Shown: positions 63,313-64,000 of the stretch, piece after piece
Position numbering within the stretch: position 1 is the stretch's first letter
Layout: the number at the start of each line of letters is the position of its first letter
Source: Gracilinanus agilis
Taxonomy: Eukaryota
DNA: 64,000 nucleotides
Direction of reading: 5' to 3'
NCBI RefSeq assembly: GCF_016433145.1
Contig: NC_058134.1
Span: 210,464,350 to 210,528,349 of the forward strand
Made by a program: the position numbers and the translations under genes
The notes under the pieces: model-generated
Databases searched by the model: none
The model's input: the letters and a program-made list of their open reading frames with translations, nothing else
What the model was told of the DNA's origin: nothing

Positions 63313-64000
63313 AAAACAAAACAAAAACAAATGTCAGGCATTGGTCACCACTGTAAAACGATTTAACATCTATGGGGTAAAGATAGCACTCACATAGACA
63401 TACAGCATAGATTTCTCTTCCAGTCCCGGAAGGGGCTGTCATCTGTGCCTTTTACTATCCATTTACCCACATCCTACTAGAACGCCAGATAATGTGGATA
63501 AAGAAAAAGACCAAATGCAAAGTAAAAGACAAAACACACACGAAATCTCGAAATTTAACAGCAAGGTCTTTCTCATTTCTAGCCTGTAAACATGTAGTAA
63601 ATCTTGGAGGCGAAAGGGAGAGGAAGCTAGGTATTGCTAAAACTAAAAAATTCAACGCAATATTTGACATCTATTAAACCTGAGTCCCTTAACTTAAGAA
63701 ACAAAAAGGAAATTTGTTTGGACGATGCACTGGAAGCTTTCTAGAATTATCTAATGCTTACAGTTATCACACAATCCCTTCGCCTACCTATTGCTGCAAG
63801 GGATTGAGTTTTAGTAACCTAAGGTACGGAGAACCATTTCCACTTAGAGTCCCTCCAAGAGACAAATGCTACTCTGCCTCCCAACCAGAGAGGTCATCAG
63901 CCAAAAGGGGAAATAAGCACAAGCTAATTCCCCGCGATCGGTTTGGGATCTTGTTTAAAAATTATCCACCTATGAAGGACGAGAGAAATTAAATTCTAGT

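Overview
This is AT-rich, CpG-depleted marsupial genomic DNA. An opossum-like (didelphid) source is inferred from SINE1_Mdo-like, MAR1-like, RTE and L1_Mdo-like repeats recognised from memory. Two spliced genes lie tail-to-tail. On the + strand is the 3' part of TASOR2 (FAM208B; a TASOR paralogue in the HUSH family): 9 coding exons from 1634 to the stop at 20798-20800, including a 3861-nt exon, with all splice phases consistent. On the - strand is GDI2 (Rab GDP-dissociation inhibitor beta): exons 2-11 from 52348 to the stop at 23928-23930, with exon sizes matching the human gene as recalled; exon 1 lies beyond the window end. The introns are mostly retroelements (SINE1, MAR1/MIR, L1, HAL1-like, L2, CR1, RTE), three LTR-like elements and two hAT MITEs. 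I found no new protein-coding system, CRISPR array or RNA gene. The most interesting unexplained structures are these. (1) A perfect 26-bp inverted repeat in GDI2 intron 3 encloses a 48-nt in-frame cryptic exon whose 3' splice site is built from a microsatellite. (2) A young 1005-bp solo LTR is inserted into a SINE in the sense orientation of GDI2. (3) The terminal TASOR2 intron can be spliced or retained with the same Trp-stop ending. (4) A ~440-bp copy of local DNA interrupts an L1. Repeat family names and repeat boundaries are approximate unless target-site duplications (TSDs) are quoted.
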